From Buchnera aphidicola str. APS (Acyrthosiphon pisum) (GTDB taxonomy: Bacteria; Pseudomonadota; Gammaproteobacteria; Enterobacterales; Enterobacteriaceae): 32,000 nucleotides of DNA. How positions within the stretch are numbered: the first letter of the stretch is position 1; every line of letters starts with the position of its first letter. The position numbers and the translations under genes are program-made. The stretch covers positions 180,001 through 212,000 of the forward strand of contig NC_002528.1 in NCBI RefSeq assembly GCF_000009605.1. Direction: 5' to 3'. A model generated the notes under the pieces. The model saw nothing but the letters and a program-made list of their open reading frames with translations, made no database searches and was not told the DNA's origin. Below are positions 29,246-32,000 of the stretch, piece after piece.

Positions 29246-31696
29246 TTATGATAGTGTACGCAGTAAGTCGGAAAATACTCCAGACGCCGTAACATTGTTA
29301 CCAGCACCGTAGCCTCTTAGTACCAGAGGAATTGGTTGATAATAATTAGTATAAAATGCTAGTGCATTTTCACCATTTTTTACTTTGTATAATGGATTAT
29401 TAATATTAACTTCTTCAAGTTTTATAAAAAATTGTCTTTTTTGTTCTATTGTTGCTACAAATCGTAATACATTACCTACATTAAGCGCCTGTTTGATTTT
29501 ATTTGAAAAATATACGTCTAGTTCTTTTAATTTTAATAAAAATTTATCAGTGTCCTCATATATTTTAAAATTATTTGGCAATAAAGGTTCAATTTTAATA
29601 TCTTTTAATTCTATATTATATCCAGATTCACGTGCTAAAATTAGTAATTTTCGTGCTACATCTATACCTGATAAATCATCACACGGGTTTGGTTCAGTAA
29701 AACCCAATTCCTTAGCTTCTCTAGTAGCTTGTGATAACAAAATACCTTCTTCTAATCTTCCAAATATAAAAGATAGTGATCCAGATAATATACCTTTAAA
29801 ACAAATTAAATTATCACCCGATTTAAATAAATTTTGAAGAGTTTCTATTACAGGTAATCCAGCACCGACATTAGTTTCATATAGAAATTTTTTACCTGTT
29901 TGAGCCACAGACTTTCTTATTTTTTTATAGTAATTCCATTCGCTGGTATTTGCTTTTTTATTTGAAGTAACGACATGAAAATTATTATCAATAAAATTTA
30001 CATATTGTTCGGATAATAATTGACTAGATGTACAATCTACAATGACTGAGTTTGAAAAATGATTATTTTTTATTAGATTATTTAACAATTCTAAATTAAA
30101 TTTTTGAGTTGATTTTTTAAAATCATTTTTCCAGTTAGATAAATCATTTGTATTGTCTAACAATAATATTTTTTTAGAATTTGCAATAGCACAAATTTTA
30201 ATTTCTATATTTTTTTTATCTAAAAATTGTTTTTGTTTTAATATTTGGTTCAGTAATGTACTGCCAATTCCACCTATTCCTATTAAAAACATATGAATAG
30301 TTTTTTTATTAAAAAACAATGTATTATGAACATGTTGAACAGCTTTTAAAATGTTTTCTTTTTTAATCACTAATGAAATAGAATGTTTCGAAGAACCTTG
30401 TGAGATTGCAATGACGTTGATTTTTAAAGCGCCTAGAACAGAAAATATTTTTGACGCAATATTGTGTTTTTTATAGATATTCGATCCTACTATTGAGAGG
30501 ATAGATAAATTTTTCTTTATTTTGAAGGGATTCAACAAACCATCTTTTAATTCTAGTTGAAATTCTTTATTGAATAAATATAAAATTTTATAAATATCAT
30601 GTTCGTAAACACAGAAATTAATTTTATTTTCTGAAGATGATTGAGTAATTAATAATATTTTAATATTTCCTCTAGACATCATTGTAAATATACGTGAAAT
30701 TACACTTCCTACATCTTTTATATGAGGTCCAGATATATTAAACATTGCTATTTCATCAAGATGAGTAACCCCTTTTAGGAAATCTTTTTCGGAACAGTTT
30801 TGTTCGCAAATTAATGTTCCAATAGATTTAACATTATTTGTATTTTTAATTAAACATGGAATTTTAAATTGAGCAATTGGTTCAATAGTACGAGGGTGTA
30901 GCACCTTAGCACCGAAATAAGACAGTTCCATTGCTTCTTGATATGATATTGATTTTAATAAACGAGCATTTGGAACTTTTCTTGGATCAGAAGTAAAAAC
31001 TCCGTCAACATCAGTCCAGATTTCACAACAATTCGCATCTAAACAAGCCGCTAACACCGCAGCTGAATAATCAGAACCATTTCGTCCTAATACCACTAAT
31101 TTTTTATCTTTATTTCCCGCAATAAAACCAGCCATTAAAATAATATTACTTTGATTAATATTCATGTTCTGAATATTTTTTTTAGATTCAGATATATCAA
31201 CAGTTGAATCAAGATAATTATCACCTATAGCAACTAAATTTTTAACAGGATTAATAATAGTTACATTATAATTTTTAGATTGTAATATACTTTTCATTAT
31301 GAAAACTGAAAGTATTTCTCCACGAGAAATTATAATTGCACGAATATTATCTGGACACTGTTTTAATAATAAAATCCCTTGTATGATATTTTTTAACTCA
31401 TTAAATTCTTTTTTTATAATTTTTTCTATTTCTTTATGAGGAAAATTAGATTGTATATTTAAAAAATTGTTTATTAGTTGCATAAATATATTTTCTGCAA
31501 GATGTACTGTTTCTAAAATTTGATTATTCTTAATAGTGTTTTCTATAATTTTTACTAGATAGTTAGTAATTTTAGCTGGTGCAGAAAGTACTACCGCAAT
31601 TTGATCTGTTTGAGTGTTTTCTTCAATAATACTAGATACAGATAAAAATTTTTCTGCATTAGCTAATGATGTACCACCAAATTTTAATAATTTCAT
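29246..31696 (-). CDS. thrA: Bifunctional aspartokinase I / homoserine dehydrogenase I
   Basis: 816 aa against 820 in E. coli. It starts [13 protein letters not shown] (aspartokinase) and has central ACT-like regions. The C-terminal homoserine dehydrogenase part has the Rossmann motif IGIGGIGS and ends [22 protein letters not shown]. Confidence 0.97.
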   Translation of the reverse strand: MKLLKFGGTSLANAEKFLSVSSIIEENTQTDQIAVVLSAPAKITNYLVKIIENTIKNNQILETVHLAENIFMQLINNFLNIQSNFPHKEIEKIIKKEFNELKNIIQGILLLKQCPDNIRAIIISRGEILSVFIMKSILQSKNYNVTIINPVKNLVAIGDNYLDSTVDISESKKNIQNMNINQSNIILMAGFIAGNKDKKLVVLGRNGSDYSAAVLAACLDANCCEIWTDVDGVFTSDPRKVPNARLLKSISYQEAMELSYFGAKVLHPRTIEPIAQFKIPCLIKNTNNVKSIGTLICEQNCSEKDFLKGVTHLDEIAMFNISGPHIKDVGSVISRIFTMMSRGNIKILLITQSSSENKINFCVYEHDIYKILYLFNKEFQLELKDGLLNPFKIKKNLSILSIVGSNIYKKHNIASKIFSVLGALKINVIAISQGSSKHSISLVIKKENILKAVQHVHNTLFFNKKTIHMFLIGIGGIGSTLLNQILKQKQFLDKKNIEIKICAIANSKKILLLDNTNDLSNWKNDFKKSTQKFNLELLNNLIKNNHFSNSVIVDCTSSQLLSEQYVNFIDNNFHVVTSNKKANTSEWNYYKKIRKSVAQTGKKFLYETNVGAGLPVIETLQNLFKSGDNLICFKGILSGSLSFIFGRLEEGILLSQATREAKELGFTEPNPCDDLSGIDVARKLLILARESGYNIELKDIKIEPLLPNNFKIYEDTDKFLLKLKELDVYFSNKIKQALNVGNVLRFVATIEQKRQFFIKLEEVNINNPLYKVKNGENALAFYTNYYQPIPLVLRGYGAGNNVTASGVFSDLLRTLS

Positions 31697-31724
31697 ATTT
31701 TATAATTCCTTATATTTATATCAC

Positions 31725-31757
31725 AAAAAAACCCGCCTTAAGTATGAGCAGGTTTTT
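31725..31757 (-). terminator. Rho-independent terminator in the thrA leader (attenuator-like)
   Basis: The minus strand reads AAAAACCTGC-TCATACTTAAG-GCGGGTTTTTTT. The core stem is AACCUGC/GCGGGUU with one U.G and can be extended by A:U pairs. The loop is 11 nt and is followed by U7. The U-tract ends 28 nt upstream of the thrA ATG at 31696. Confidence 0.55.
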
Positions 31758-32000
31758 AAAGATTATTTAAGCCTACATCATAACTAGTTATAATAATTAG
31801 AACAGCTATTCTAGTGAAGAGGCTGTAAATAGATGTCAATATTTTTTATAAATACGTAAAGTGTATTACCTAATTATATTAGGTAGTATCTTTTAATATA
31901 ATTTAATTATTAATTAAAAATATTTTTATTTATTTAGAATGCTGTAAAAGCGGTATTTTTGATTTTATCAAAAATCAGATGTGTTGATGTCTACAAAAAA

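Noticed and set aside
31814-31839. TTGACA (31839-31834, minus strand) with TAGAAT downstream, considered as the thrA promoter.
   Set aside because: The spacer between the hexamers is 20 nt, which is too long for sigma-70. The hexamers at 16-18 nt spacing are poor. I therefore left the thrA promoter unassigned.
1-32000. A window-wide search for a novel accessory or defence system, CRISPR array, mobile element, prophage, toxin-antitoxin pair, or additional tRNA or rRNA genes.
   Set aside because: Every ORF over 100 aa has a clear housekeeping identity, with one DUF-type exception. No direct-repeat arrays, terminal inverted repeats, integrase or transposase-like ORFs, or compositional islands are present. 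The only GC-elevated segment is the tmRNA gene. The only tRNA-like T-arm (GGTTCGAATCC) belongs to ssrA.

Overview
The window is extremely AT-rich (roughly three quarters A+T by eye) and gene-dense. It looks like core chromosome of a reduced gammaproteobacterial insect endosymbiont of the Buchnera aphidicola type. Every long ORF is a recognisable housekeeping protein of near E. coli length. Gene order is folC, cvpA (broken) / prs, ispE / prfA, prmC, sirB1 / nadE / ackA, pta / yfaE, nrdB, nrdA, gyrA / DUF2076-like ORF / ahpC / ung / grpE / nadK, bamE / ssrA (tmRNA) / grxD / rnt / sodA / pth, ychF / thrC, thrB, thrA. I support 27 intact CDS, one frameshifted gene, one tmRNA, several stem-loops between gene ends, and two tentative promoters. 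I see no CRISPR array, transposase, integrase, phage, toxin-antitoxin, restriction-modification or other accessory or defence content. I did not find an undescribed multi-gene system, and this looks like an ordinary core region. The observations most worth a second look are: (1) cvpA split by a 1-nt frameshift inside a T10 run; (2) an attenuator-like terminator with mutually exclusive pairings, placed just upstream of thrA where the E. coli thr attenuator sits; (3) a conserved gene of unknown function (DUF2076-like) kept in a minimal genome; (4) very long in-frame poly(A) runs, A14 in ung and A12 in nrdB; (5) a grpE promoter whose sigma-32 -35 box survives while its -10 has eroded; (6) long perfect A/T palindromes between convergent genes. 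Several ORF-track starts are TTG-extended artefacts, and I moved them to the conserved ATG.
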